A DNA stretch of 64,000 bases from Adineta vaga (GCA_021613535.1 CP075497.1:13144001-13208000); one strand, 5' to 3'. Positions 31,470-44,509 are shown, counted from the stretch's first letter. The notes: a model not told the origin generated them from the sequence alone. Numbers and translations are program-made.

Positions 31470-32470
31470 AAGAAAGAATGATCAAACAGACACGTATCGT
31501 TTTAAATACTCTTCGGTACTGGAGATATAAATAAAAAATAAAAAATAATTTAATGAGTATTCTTATCAGTCAGTGATATGTTATCAAACTCCAACGGATA
31601 TAACCTTGGTATTACGTATATCGGCTACTATTCTAGTCATTTTTTCTGCGTTATATCTCTATTTGTTTCCTATCAAAGTAACTTAATCTTAATAAGATAT
31701 GAAAAAATGTGAATATTATGGATAGCTATCTTCTGTCTTTTTACTAGAAAATCTTTCCTCTATGTGATAAATTTCACCACTCGACATTTTTTTTCACTCT
31801 GATCATACTTTTACAAAATTCATCTATTTATATATTATGCATTCATTCTTTCTTCCGTTCATATCATTAAAAACCCAAAGCACGCATTCATTATCTTACA
31901 TATAATAAGATAAATGAGATCACCAGCTGATTTCATGTAAATCGTTATTCCGTCGTACGTATCAAACATGCTTATATGATTTCGAACACCTATCCATAGA
32001 CTTTGATAACTATATCCAACAGAAACTACCGACTTTGTTATTTTTTACAAAACTACTTTGTCATTTTACTTCTTTTATGTGAAAAAAGCTACTATCAAAT
32101 TTTTTACAAAAGGCAGGTGGATGAAATTCCTATAACTTTTGAGTGAGAAGTTATTTCGACCTGTAGTTTTCACCATTCGATAGAGGATGCTTGAGGGCCG
32201 ATATTTATGCGGGAAAGTCATCATTCCAAATAATTTGTTAAGTGGACTTTCGTCGACGAAATTAAGTAGATATTAGCGAATCGTTTTAAGGAGTTGTTCT
32301 TCGTGATATTGGTACTCCGACGTGTCCACTTCACGTTGACATCGATAGAATTTTCTCACTTGCTTTACTGGAAATACTAGAGATATATTCGGATGTTAGT
32401 GTCATACTTGTTGCTTTATGACGCTATCGTTTACATGTGTTTTCTTTCTTTTCTTCACATGTATATATTT

Positions 32471-32595
32471 CAGAGGTGAGCACAGGACAAACGTTTTCAT
32501 CCTGTCGTGCCTGCCGCTCCGACTCATTCGTCCTGCCGCGCGGACAGGACAGGAGGGCAGTACGTGCGATATGTCCTGTCCTGTGCTCACCTCTG
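32471..32595. mobile_element. 125-bp GC-rich MITE with perfect 19-bp TIRs (CAG...CTG, hAT-like)
   Basis: cagaggtgagcacaggaca ... tgtcctgtgctcacctctg; no TSD visible; it truncates GPCR copy 3. Confidence 0.9.
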
Positions 32596-33091
32596 GATGC
32601 AATGTATTGACATTTCCATTATTAAAACAATAAATTGTTTCACCAAAAATGAAACATCCAGAAAAAATGACCATTGAAATTGTTTTATAAACTGTCTTTT
32701 GATTACAAAGATTTCGAAATGAAACAGATGTTGATGAACTACAAAATCGATCAAAACATCCAAGTGTTATAAACCATGATGTACAATAAAGACAAAGATA
32801 TGAAAGAAAATATCGAATTTTACATAAGATTGACGAAGATGAAGTATAATCAAGATTAAAACCATTTAATAAACGACTCATTAAACCAATATAAAGTGCC
32901 AATAGACTAACTATTGTTGTTGATAATAAATATTGAACACAAGAATTTTTTCGTAAAGTTTTTCGAGTAAAAACAAGAATATTAATTATATTTCCAAATG
33001 TACCAAATATAAGAAGTGGAATTGGAAAAAAACGATTAAAAGTAGATGAATAATATGTCCAATATGATATCGAAGTTGTATTAATAGACAT
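32596..33091 (-). pseudogene. 3'-truncated GPCR (copy 3)
   Basis: Nearly identical to 28258-28754 up to NGNVNT, then reads into the MITE. Confidence 0.85.
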
Positions 33092-33380
33092 TTTTTATTT
33101 CTATTTCTATGTTTTCTGTGAAAATGTATCAATTGAATAGATAAACAAAACCTTTCGTTCTCCTTAGAATTTTCTTAGTTTAAATGAAGGAAACTAAGAA
33201 ACGTCAATGAGTTATTTTTTCTTTAACCTCACGACATAGTTTCATTATGATTAACAATCACGTTACTTTAGATGTGTGTGGAAATTTTTTGAATTGAAAG
33301 ATAAGATGACAAATGTGCTTATTAGAAGATAGTATTATTGTCTAGTACATTCTTTATTTTTCTTCAATAAATTTTATTTA

Positions 33381-33448
33381 AGGTGGGTTCAGGTGTTTAT
33401 GAGGCTATGATCTTAACCCACACCCACACCCTAAAAAAAATATTTTTC
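33381..33448. mobile_element. hairpin element present here but absent from the paralogous site
   Basis: aggtgggttcaggtg-tttatgaggctatgatctta-acccacacccacaccct-A8-tatttttc, flanked by ttattta direct repeats; the paralog has a single ttattta at 29067-29073. Confidence 0.8.
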
Positions 33449-33734
33449 TTATTTATTCGATGGAGAAAATGCACATTTTCATTAATTGTTATTTATACAC
33501 ATATATTTCATTCGTTGAATCATATATATATATGAAAATATATAATAGGTTTATGCATGATTGATTTTTGTAAATTGATGACGTTAGTTTTTCATGTGCA
33601 AAATATCGAATGGTTTGAAATAGTTTAGTTATAACTTATTATACTAAATAACATATGAATCTTCAATCTATATGTTAATATTAAAAGATATAGTTTGAAA
33701 AATCTGATATAGATCGAATCATTTTTTTTTATAG

Positions 33735-36700
33735 ATGAGTTCTGAAACAAATTCAACAAATGGTGATAATAATAATGAAAGCGAATCGAAAAGTAGTACA
33801 GTTATTTTATTTTTATCATTTTCTGTGTTATCAGCATGTGTATGTAAAATAATCTTTTCAAAAATATTAAAAAATAAAATTCCTCTACCATTTACGGTTG
33901 CTGTTCTTATACTTGGATTTATTATTGGAATTATTGTTACACAAATTAAAGATATCAATAATGATTTTCTTTATGGTGAAATACAATTAAGTGAAATTAA
34001 TCCTCATTTAATGTATTATATATTTTTACCTTTATTAATATTTGATTCATCATTTAATGGTCATTTTCATGTCATTAAACAACAATTATTATCAGCTATT
34101 CTTATGGCTGGTCCTGGTGTATTTATATCAACTGCAGTTATTGCTATATGTGGAATATATATATTTCCATATAATTGGTCATGGTTAGTTGGTTTAATGT
34201 TTGGAAGTATTTTAAGTGCTACTGATCCTATTGCTGTTGTTGCTTTATTACATGATTCAGGTGCAAGTAAATCATTAGCTTCATTGATTGATTCAGAATC
34301 TTTATTAAATGATGGTTCAGCATTTGTTATTTTTCTTATTTTTCATAATATTGTTCTTGGTGAAGATCATAGTGCAAAAAAGATTATTATAGATATTGTT
34401 AAGTATAGTATTGGTAAGTAAACTTTAAAAACAAACTATCAGATACTATATGAGAATAATTTTAGGTGGTCCTGCGTTTGGTTTGGCTTGTGGAATTCTT
34501 AGTGTATTTGTATTAAATCGAATTAATAATGAACTTGAAGTTGAAATAACATTGACATTTGGTCTTGCTTATCTTATTTTTTATGTTGCAGATGTTGAAC
34601 TTGGTGTATCTGCTGTTCTTGCTCTTGTTACAATGGGTTTATATATGAGTAAATATAAATATTGTATTAGTAGTAATGTTCAACCTTCTATGGCAAGTGC
34701 TTGGCGAATTACAACATATTTTATTAATATACTTATTTTTATTGTCACTGGTATTATTTTAGCTCGTCTATTTGTTGGTACATCTATAAATATATCAGCA
34801 AAAGATTTTGGTTTTTCAATTATTTTATATATAATGATTCATCTTGGAAGAATTTTAACAATTATTATTTTATATCCATTAATGAAATGTACTGGTGTAC
34901 AATTATCATGGAAAGATTGTATTATTTTAGCATGGAGTGGTTTACGAGGAAGTATGGCACTTATTCTTGTATTATTTGTTAGTTTAGATACAGAAATTGA
35001 TAAAATTACACGTGATCGCTTTTTATTTCATGTATCAATGATCGTATTATTAACGTTAATTATCAATGGAACAAGTAGTAAATTTCTTGTAAGACTTCTC
35101 GGTTTACATCATGGTACGTATAAAGTTTTATTTATTATGAAATACGATTTAAAAATAAGTAAAGAAAATATATCCACACTATAATAGATTTTTTTATTTA
35201 AGGTACAAAAGAAAGTGAAATTGTTCTTTTACAAGCACTTGAACATATGCGAAGACAAACATCATGGAAATTATCTAAAATGAAAGCAGATGAAAAATTT
35301 GTTGATGTTGATTGGAAAATGTTAAATGAATATTTACCAGATAAATTATTAGAAGAATTAGATGAAGAAAATAATACAAATTTACATCAACAATTATCAT
35401 CAACAACTCAACATGAACTTCCAATATCAACAAGACGATCTTCACGTGAAAGTACAACTTATGAATTACAAACAATTGCAACTGTTTATCAAACAGATTC
35501 AATTCCATCAAGTCCAATAACACGAAGAAACTATTCGAATACTGAAGATATAATTTTACCAATAATTGATCTTCGAAATACTAATGAAGAACATAATAAA
35601 AATATTCGAAATGAATTAATTATTCGTTTTTTAACAGCTATGTCAATTGATTATGAAAAACAATGGTATCTCGGTATGATTCGACGAAAAACTTTAAATA
35701 TTCTTATTAAATCAGTTGAACAAGCGAAACAAAAATGTTCACTTCAACTTCATTGGAAATTTATTTTTGAACATTTTCAATTATCATTATTTCATCGATT
35801 TCTTATTCAATTTAATTATTTTCATTTTATTAATCAATGGACACATCGATTCATTTTTGATCATATTTTTCAAACAATTGAATTAACATTAAGTAAAACA
35901 ATTTAAATCAATAAAAGATCATTTATTTCATTTATATATTTTAGGTTTTCATACAGCTAAAACTCGAATGGATAATATTCGATTACATTTTCCTGAATTA
36001 TCAAATTTAAATGAACGAATTATGAATGAAGTTTGTGAAGAAGTTAAAATGTATGAATTAAATGCAATGCATATTTTACTTGATTTACAACAATCATATC
36101 GACTTTGTTGGATTATTCTTATGACACGACGTTGTGCTCAAATGTTATTAAAATATGAATCAATTGCAATTATTCAATTATATGAAACTGGTATGCTTGC
36201 AGAAAATGAATATTCACATATTTTAGAATTAATTCAAGACAAATTATTTACTCTCGAATATGGAAATATTAAAATGCCAGAAAATCAAAAGAAAATAATT
36301 GAAAATTCTTTTGATTTAATTCCATATTTTCAATTACTTTCTTTGGAAGAAAAAAATCAATGGAAATCTCTTCTAATATCTAAACATCAATGGTTTCAAC
36401 CGAATTCTATTCTAATAGAAAAAAATCAAACAGTATTAACTGCCTATTTAATCGTTCGTGGTATTGTTCAATATAAAAATGATACAATACCAACTTATTA
36501 TAAATGTGGAAATATTATAGGTATCGATGCATTATATCTTGAAAAATCTTCATCCTCTGGTACTTATATTGCTAATGGTGGACTTGTTGAAACATATTCA
36601 ATTGATTTAATTCTATTAAATACTTTATTATCTGATGAGAATATTTCTCGTTCAATTTATAATGAAATAACATTTCATGTGCTTATGAATAATTATCAAA

Positions 36701-37191
36701 AATTATTAAATTTAACTCATTCACAATTAAAAGTTCTTCTCAATGATAAAGTGTTATTTTATAAAAATCAATCGAATTTAATTATTGATATGGAAAGAAA
36801 TCAAAGATTATTTCTTCTATCAGGAACAATAAATCGGTATTTAAATGATGAAGAAAATATTCTTATCAATTCAATGGAATTTTGTTTAATTGATTCTCCA
36901 ACAAAATTTCAATTAAATTCAACAAGTATTCTTTATACATGGACATCTGAAGATGAAATTTATTGTTTAAATGTTAAGAAATTTAAAGTTAATTTTTCAT
37001 TAGATCAAAATCAAATGAATTCTTTGGAACCATTCTATCCACTTTATTCAGGTGAATCAATTGAATTTACTCCACGACGTCATTCACCATCAATTACTCG
37101 TCCAACTGAAAATAGTAGTAATTTTCAATTAATACCATCAGAAATTGAAGTTAATAATCAACTTAATATTCCATCGGAATTTTCTCATTGA
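33735..37191 (+). CDS. CPA1 Na+/H+ exchanger of SOS1/SLC9C type with a cyclic-nucleotide-binding-like domain, 4 exons (33735-34413, 34466-35113, 35203-35892, 35945-37191)
   Basis: IFLPLLIF, GSILSATDPIAVVALL, ESLLNDG, WSGLRG motifs; CNBD-like AYLIVRGIV...GNIIG; spliced frame is continuous. Confidence 0.9.
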
Positions 37192-37260
37192 TAAAAAGAA
37201 AAAAAATGTATTTTTCATCTTAATAAATAATTCTTTATTTCTTGTCTTCTTATTTCATCT

Positions 37261-37325
37261 CTTGAGGGTGTGGGTGTGGGGTTGTATAAGGGACTCTTGT
37301 TAATTGACACCCAAACCCTCAAGAT
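37261..37325. repeat. telomeric-hexamer hairpin element (best-conserved copy)
   Basis: cttgagggtgtgggtgt ... acacccaaaccctcaag, 16/17 inverted match, ~70 bp after the exchanger stop. Confidence 0.9.
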
Positions 37326-37728
37326 AAATAAACAATTCCTCGTTCATATTCCAATTCATAATATTTTATAATATTTCTATGATCTAAATTTCGTACTAGT
37401 TCCATTTTGATTTCAACACGATCAAGCATATTGATTAGTAAGTACTTTAATTGCAGCGATATTTCCTTGTCATGTTCGAGAATAAATTGTTCCTTCAGAA
37501 ACATAACTCAATCCACTTCATAAATTGATAATTTTTAGTCATTTAATGTCCTCTATAAAAGAATTTCACGCAATATGACGCGTTAATTCTTATACGTCAT
37601 AACTTCTTAAAGAAATTTCTTTTTCGTTCTGACTCAACAACAATAGAACATTCTAAAACAACGCAACTAAATTCTTCATTGTGTCAATCAATAACAAAAC
37701 AGAGATTTTTCCCATATTTCTATCGGTA

Positions 37729-37736
37729 TATAAATA
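37729..37736 (+). promoter_or_regulatory. candidate TATA box of the GIMAP gene
   Basis: tataaata about 25 nt upstream of an Inr-like tcagt and about 45 nt upstream of the ATG. Confidence 0.4.
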
Positions 37737-37777
37737 TGCAGAATTTCGAAAGCAATCAGTACGTTCACTTGAATAAA

Positions 37778-39081
37778 ATGGTATGAAATAAAAGATGTTT
37801 TTCTATATTGTATAGATTCTTGTTTAATCTTTTTAGACTTCTCAACAAAATGAAATGCGTATTATTTTAATTGGAAAAACCGGCAATGGTTCGCGTTAAG
37901 ATTTTCTCTTGTAAATAAAAATTTTATATTTTTTCTTTAGGAAAAAGCTCAACAGGCAATTCATTGCTACATTCTCGAAGTACTTTTCATGCTACTCAAT
38001 CAGGAAAATCAATTACAAAAGAATGCAAAGCGGGTGAATATAATTATACTAACAATCGTCGTGAACCGAAAAAACTTACTGTTGTTGATACACCGGGTTT
38101 TTTCGATACTGATCTAACGATGACCAATGATATGGTAGAAAAAAAAATTGCATCACAAATTTTTGAAATGACTACACCAGGTGTCCATGCTTTTTTGATT
38201 GTTCTTCGTGTTGATCGATTTACACCTGAAGAGAAAAATACAGTTGATTTTATTCGACGTATCTTTGGAGCAGGTGCAGCAAAATATTGTATTGTGATTT
38301 TCACTCGAGAAGATCAATTAGAAGATGGACAAAGTTTGAATGATTTTATCAATACATCATCAGAATTACAAAGATTAGTTCAAGATTGTGGTCGACGAGT
38401 ATTTGCTATAAATAATAAATTGAATGGGCAATTATTAGAGAGAAAAACGAATCAATTAATTGATATGATTGACATAATGATAAGAAATAATAATGGAAAG
38501 TATTATACAAATGCTGAATATGAACGTATTGAAAGAGAACGAAAGGAAAAACAACAAAAAGAGGAAGCGAAAGAAAAACAAAATGAAGAACGAGTATGAC
38601 TAGATTTTTTTTCAAGAACATATTGAGAATTGATTTTATATCTTTAGATACGAGAAGATGAAAGAAAAAAAGGGGAAGAACGTCAAAGAAAAGTAAAAGT
38701 CGAAATCGAATAAATTTTCCTTTATATATTTGATCTTATTTCGTTTAATTTTAGTTAAGAAATCAAAGAAGAGATAGTGATGACGAATGTGATATTAATC
38801 CATTGGTGAATATAATTCGGTCATGGGGTTTTAGAGATACGATGTCGCCCATGAGTTCTGATACGGATATGCCACATGGAGGAATGCCTGGTGCCGGTTT
38901 TGATAATAATATGTTATTTAGAGGAATGAATTCTGGCAGAGGTGATGCACATGGAGGTCGATTTACAGGTGAATATGTAGTTTCAAATGGCTCCACAAAT
39001 GGTAGACCAATCTTTGAAGGTGGACGTGGAGGACAATATCATATAACTTCAAATGGTAATCGAAGTTACATACGCAAATGA
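37778..39081 (+). CDS. GIMAP/AIG1-family GTPase with coiled coil and PBCV basic-adaptor-like C-terminus, 5 exons (37778-37780, 37837-37888, 37941-38593, 38648-38692, 38755-39081)
   Basis: RIILIGKTGNGKSSTGNSLL, VVDTPGFFD, PGVHAFLIVL, RFTPEE motifs; tail GRPIFEGGRGGQYHITSNGNRSYI. Confidence 0.9.
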
Positions 39082-39159
39082 TATATTGAATTTTTTAATA
39101 TATTTTTATACTTTTTTTCTTAATACTTTCAAATAAATAGAAATAAAAATGAATGTTTT

Positions 39160-39197
39160 AGAGGGCGTCAGTGTAAATACAAGAGACTTACACCCAG
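39160..39197. repeat. degenerate hairpin element
   Basis: agagggcgt-cagtgtaaatacaagagact-tacaccc; spacer shared with 21157; lies after the GIMAP AATAAA. Confidence 0.6.
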
Positions 39198-39419
39198 ATG
39201 GAAACACCGAAACTTAGTTCATATATTCCACATCTTCGTCATTTATCATTATACACCTATCACGTAGATATAGACCAACTTAAAATCTATCGCGTTATTC
39301 TCCATTGAAATTTCTAACACATCGTACTCTTACATTAGATTTTTATTGAAATTTTAATCACTTTTCGACAACATATTATGAATTATTTCCTATATATTCA
39401 AGTTCTTCGCCTTACAACA

Positions 39420-40091
39420 TCTCAAAGTGATTATATGAATGCGCGAAGGAATGAGAACAAATCATCTCATTATCTCTACGAAATTTACGTATTTCCGATG
39501 TTCGATTCGAAGTACATGAATACATTAATTCACAAAAAGTATCATTCGAATAAGAAGCAAATTTACTGAATTCTTCTTTTTGGATTGAACGACAACAGGT
39601 GAAAAAGTAATGACATGGCTGCTCCTTAATCACCCTCAACCAATCTTAATCATATTCTATCTGCGAAACAACTGAAGACTCTGATAGGTCAATTTAGTTA
39701 TTTACCATTCGTAAATTTGATTAAATTATTATTATTTACATCCAATGTTGAAACATTAATCTTCTGAAAATATATCCAATATACTTATGTAATTAAAAAG
39801 GTCATTTGTCGGGGAGAAATGTGTACTTGATAAAGTTGAATTACCCGTTATTTTATTTCTTCGTATAGAAAATCTGGAAATTTGTTTACAAAAATGAAAG
39901 ATATGGAATTGATCTTACCATTTCTATTGAATGAAAACAATCAAAATACTCAACATTTGATTTCATTACATTTTCTAAACGGTAATAATCATTCGTGTGG
40001 ATGTTTCGAACGTTTAATTCATTCGGCAGGAGTAATATCTTGTAAACAGAAACAAATACATATCAATAAACAATTTTATATATGGATATAG
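39420..40091 (+). pseudogene. decayed C-terminal fragment of an F-box/LRR-like paralog
   Basis: Patches aligning to 41150-42141 (LRNLRISDVRF, SSFWIERQ, HLISL). Confidence 0.5.
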
Positions 40092-40367
40092 TAATAACAT
40101 GTTTTTATCGACTTTAATAAGTTATCATTCAAAATAAAACATGCATTGTTCTTCTTATCCTATTATATTCATAGTCAGTCATGTCCTTATCTCTATCATA
40201 TATAAAATACACGAAGAAAAATGAAAAGAAACAAAAGATATGTATATTTTAGATTCGTATAATAATGAAAACAATTCGATGGAAGAGTTAATAGTACAAG
40301 TATCGTATAAGTAAATAAAATCAATAAATAAATTTATGGAAATAATTACGATTTGTTTGTTTTTAGT

Positions 40368-42141
40368 ATTACAAAATTCGAAGATCTTGACAATGAACTT
40401 ATCTATGAAATATTTGATTATCTCGATTATTATCATATATATCAAAGTTTTTTCAATCTTAACTATTGATTTCGTTCGTCTCTTATTCAATTAACATTTC
40501 CACTGAAAATCAATGTTCCTATTATATCTCAAACAATCTTCAATCGTTATCATCGAGATATAATCCTTCCTAACACACATCGAATTGATTATTTTAAAGT
40601 ATTAAATCATTACATGTTCGAAGATGAAACACTTTCTTTATCATCGAAAACATCTCTTCAAACGCTCATTCTTGAAAATGTTCTAACAAGTTGTCTAAAC
40701 AATCTTCTTCTTCAATTAACTTCCTTACCCTATCTTTCTTCACTAAGTATCACTACTCTCGACGATGTTAAAGAAAAAACATGTTTATCAAACAATATTT
40801 CGTTTACCTGTTTTGAAATTTTGCAAATTATTCTTAGGAAATCAATCTTCTAACGAGAAATTACCATTGTCTAGCGGTGAATACAGTTCAATCGAACATT
40901 TAATCATTGAACATCGAATATACTATGACGAATTACATTCATTGTTATCATACGTTCCTCAACTTCGTCATTTGTCATTACGTACATTGTTTTTATATGA
41001 AGTAACACAAAACCAATTGTCTTCATTTGTCTTGAACTTTTTAACACATCTATCTCTCATACTTGAATATTCTGTCAAATTCGATGATTTAGAACAGCTT
41101 CTTGTGAAATATTTTCCCTTTATTCAAGTTTTACACATTTCTTCTGATTGGGCATGCCTCGATGCGAATAAATGGATACAATTAATACCATCGTATTTAC
41201 CAAATTTACGGATCTTCGATGTTCAATTCGAAATCTATTCAAAATTTTCCGGGAGAAGACGAACATTTGAAACAGAATCTTTTCCATTCCGATCTTCATT
41301 CTGGAATGAACGACAATGAATTTTTGACGAACGAAGTAGCTCAAGTAGATATGGTGAATGCATTATTTTCTATTCAACAAATCCATATAGGTATCTATTC
41401 ATTTCATTTCTTTACTCTGAATTACATATGTCGTCTATTGGATTTCTTAGGAGAAAAGATTATAAATTATGTCATCTATTGAATGATGATACATGTAGTA
41501 CGAAGACAATCTACGAACGAGTTGATCATGTACAAATTCCCGATGAAAAAATTATGAATAAATGTATATGTTATTTTCCACAAGCTACTAAACTTACTTT
41601 GGAAGATGGCTGTGCTATCACCACTTGTGAATCAATAACAACTAGTCTCATTCGCATAATACCCCTGAAACAATTGAAAACTTTGATAATTAAATCTGGT
41701 TATATCTCATTTATGATTATGATTAAACTATTATCATTCGCACCCAATATTCAAACATTCGCATTCGAAACGATGTCCATTTCTTTGATTGATAAGAAAG
41801 ATATCGAACAAAATCATATTGTTCAATCTGTAGCGAATACTAATATAATTACTAATGTTACTTTCAATGAAAAATGTACATTAGAGAAAGTTGAATTACT
41901 TGTTATGTTATTTCCTCGGATGGAACATCTTCGAATTCATATATTATTATATGACACGACATCGATATTTCGACTTCTTCTAGATACAAATACTAAGAAT
42001 ACAAGTCACTTAGTTTCATTATGCTTTCAAAGTGATGTTATTCCTTCATTCGAACATTGGAACCAAAGAATAAACTCTGAAAGTATACACTGCCGGTGGA
42101 AAACAATATATACAAACAACAATTTATACTTATGGCGTTAA
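40368..42141 (+). pseudogene. F-box/LRR-like gene with stops and a frameshift
   Basis: [21 protein letters not shown]-box; TGA near 40467 and 41317; frameshift near 40780. Confidence 0.75.
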
Positions 42142-42227
42142 TTTTCAGTATATATCATAACTATTTTCTTTGTGTAATCCTAAATTGATTTATTTAAATA
42201 CAATAAGAGAAGAATACCGAGGGTATC

Positions 42228-42286
42228 ATCTTGAGGGTCGCGGGTGTGGGTATGATGTTATAGTCAATACTAACACCCACACCCTT
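42228..42286. repeat. telomeric-hexamer hairpin element
   Basis: atcttgagggtcgcgggtgtgggt...aacacccacaccctt. Confidence 0.85.
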
Positions 42287-42481
42287 CCATCATAACTTAT
42301 AAGAAATGTTTCATTCTCAATACATCACTACGTAGTTATAAACCTTTTTATACATTCATATTTGTTTTGTCATGAAATCAAAATGATTCATATGTGTTAT
42401 GGTTCGTTGCTTATCAAATAAACACATTATATATATATATATATGTATCATAAGAAGTGAAACATATTTACTCATTTTAAG

Positions 42482-44299
42482 ATGGCTTTAACAAATATTG
42501 AATCAAAAACATGGTTTGATTATTTTCCTCCTGAAATAATTTTTCATATATTTGAATATTTATCAAGAAATGATATTATTTATACTTTTTTTAACTTCAA
42601 TCAACGATTCAATAATCTATTATTAAATAATCCATTTTATTTCACTCATATGAAATTAACAACAAGAAAAAGTTTAAAAATGTGGGAAAATATTCTTCCG
42701 ATTGTTGCTGTATATATACAATCAATACATATGACCACAATTGATTTACCTATTTCATTAAAAAATTTTCCAAATTTAAAATCAATAATTTTATCTTTAC
42801 CATGTGATTTTCCCGATGAACAATTAAATCTAATTATCAATAGTGATCTATTTCAAAATTTAGATACATTAAAAATGAAACAAATGGAAATATTTCAAAA
42901 ACATTATTTTGATTATGGTGATTTTATTAAAAACAATTCTACAATACCAAAAGAAATCATTTCTTATCAAACGAATATATTAACCAAAGTTTTTAATAAT
43001 AAAAGTTTATTAAAAATATTTCAATATTCACAAACAATATTACCATTAGAAAGATTTCGAATAAATCATTTTCAAATTAATAATAATTTACATTCATTAA
43101 CATTATCAGTAACTTATTTTGCAGAAATTTTTTTATGGCTTAAATTTACACCAAATTTAAAATATTTAAATGTTCAATCAAGAGTACCATATCGTACACA
43201 TGACCATCCAGTAGTTAAAGTTGATGTTAAATTAGAATATTTATATTTAAAATTGAATAATGATACTTCTCATAATCCTGAAATATGGAGTACTGAAATT
43301 GATTTTACTACATTTAAAAATGGCCTAGTGCAATTTTCATCATCTCTAATTTGTTTTTCACTTAATTTAGCTGATTCAGTAATAAAAGCACAATATAAAT
43401 TTCCATTTCGAAGTGATGAACTTAAACAATTATTAAAATCAATGATAAAACTTGAAAAATTTCATTTCTATGCTCAATTAGTTGGTTGTGGCACTATTCC
43501 TGAAAGTATTTTATCAAGATTTAATGATCTCCCTTGGTCATTTGGAACACATGGAAATTATATCTATACATTACCATTTCATTTTGATTATTTAGATTGT
43601 TTTAAAAATGTTGCTAGTATTAAATCAACTAATCAAAATATTCTAAAAACGAATTCTCGAATATGGCATCATGTCAAAACAGCTGCTTTTTCTTTTGAGA
43701 CGATTTATGATACATTTTTAATGAAATACCTTAAAATTATGATGCCAAATTTAACACATATTGAATTTAATGAATATTATTGTAATGATATACCGAGTTT
43801 GTTTGTAACTAAAAGTATTCCATTAAATAGTGTTACAACAGCTCGTATTACAGGCAAATTCTTGGAAATAGTAAAAGATCGGTTAATCAACACATTACCA
43901 AACTTAAAACATTTATTTGTATCAATCAGAAGTTTATCACAAAAATTAGCCGAAAGAATTCACCGGTTCATTGATAAGTGTCTTACCATTGATGAATTTT
44001 TAAATCTAATTTATTATTATTGTCCCAACTTTCAACAAATTTGCTTTTGTCCAAGGTATCTCAGCGGTCAGCACCTTATAGACATCGCAAGTTTTGTAAT
44101 ACAAATATCGAACAATTTCAATTATAGGTCGACATTTAAGCTTTATGGTGATGAACGAAAAAAAGTACCTGGAGATTTGTTAGAATTAAGTCTAAGTGAA
44201 CTTATTCAATATATTGGTATGAACGAGACTCTGCTAAGTTATCAAGTGAAAAGTTTTCAAAGATATTTAGTATTTTCAAGGAAAGTACTGAACAATTAA
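42482..44299 (+). CDS. intronless F-box/LRR-like protein (605 aa)
   Basis: FDYFPPEIIFHIFEYL...FFNFNQRFNNLL F-box; YIYTLPFHF motif; repeated PNLKxL. Confidence 0.85.
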   Translation: MALTNIESKTWFDYFPPEIIFHIFEYLSRNDIIYTFFNFNQRFNNLLLNNPFYFTHMKLTTRKSLKMWENILPIVAVYIQSIHMTTIDLPISLKNFPNLKSIILSLPCDFPDEQLNLIINSDLFQNLDTLKMKQMEIFQKHYFDYGDFIKNNSTIPKEIISYQTNILTKVFNNKSLLKIFQYSQTILPLERFRINHFQINNNLHSLTLSVTYFAEIFLWLKFTPNLKYLNVQSRVPYRTHDHPVVKVDVKLEYLYLKLNNDTSHNPEIWSTEIDFTTFKNGLVQFSSSLICFSLNLADSVIKAQYKFPFRSDELKQLLKSMIKLEKFHFYAQLVGCGTIPESILSRFNDLPWSFGTHGNYIYTLPFHFDYLDCFKNVASIKSTNQNILKTNSRIWHHVKTAAFSFETIYDTFLMKYLKIMMPNLTHIEFNEYYCNDIPSLFVTKSIPLNSVTTARITGKFLEIVKDRLINTLPNLKHLFVSIRSLSQKLAERIHRFIDKCLTIDEFLNLIYYYCPNFQQICFCPRYLSGQHLIDIASFVIQISNNFNYRSTFKLYGDERKKVPGDLLELSLSELIQYIGMNETLLSYQVKSFQRYLVFSRKVLNN

Positions 44300-44441
44300 A
44301 TTTTACTGTTCATATATAATCAAGAGATGTAAAATAACAAATATACAAGAAAAGAGAAATTTTATATTACTTTTTTTAAAATAAATACTATCAAAATCTA
44401 AAAAAAAGGCAGGCGGAAATCATCTGAATCTACTTCTTCAA

Positions 44442-44505
44442 AGGGTGGGTGTGGGTGGGTGTGATCGGCATTCGTTCTTACTGTATCTCCACACACTCAC
44501 ACCCC
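44442..44505. repeat. telomeric-hexamer hairpin element
   Basis: agggtgggtgtgggtgggtgtg...ccacacactcacacccc; a 5'-truncated F-box fragment starts just after it. Confidence 0.85.
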
Positions 44506-44509
44506 GCTT

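Noticed and set aside
31980-32470. Possible transposase fragment left of the MITE
   Set aside because: Only a weak DIDRIFSLA resemblance, with no sustained reading frame.
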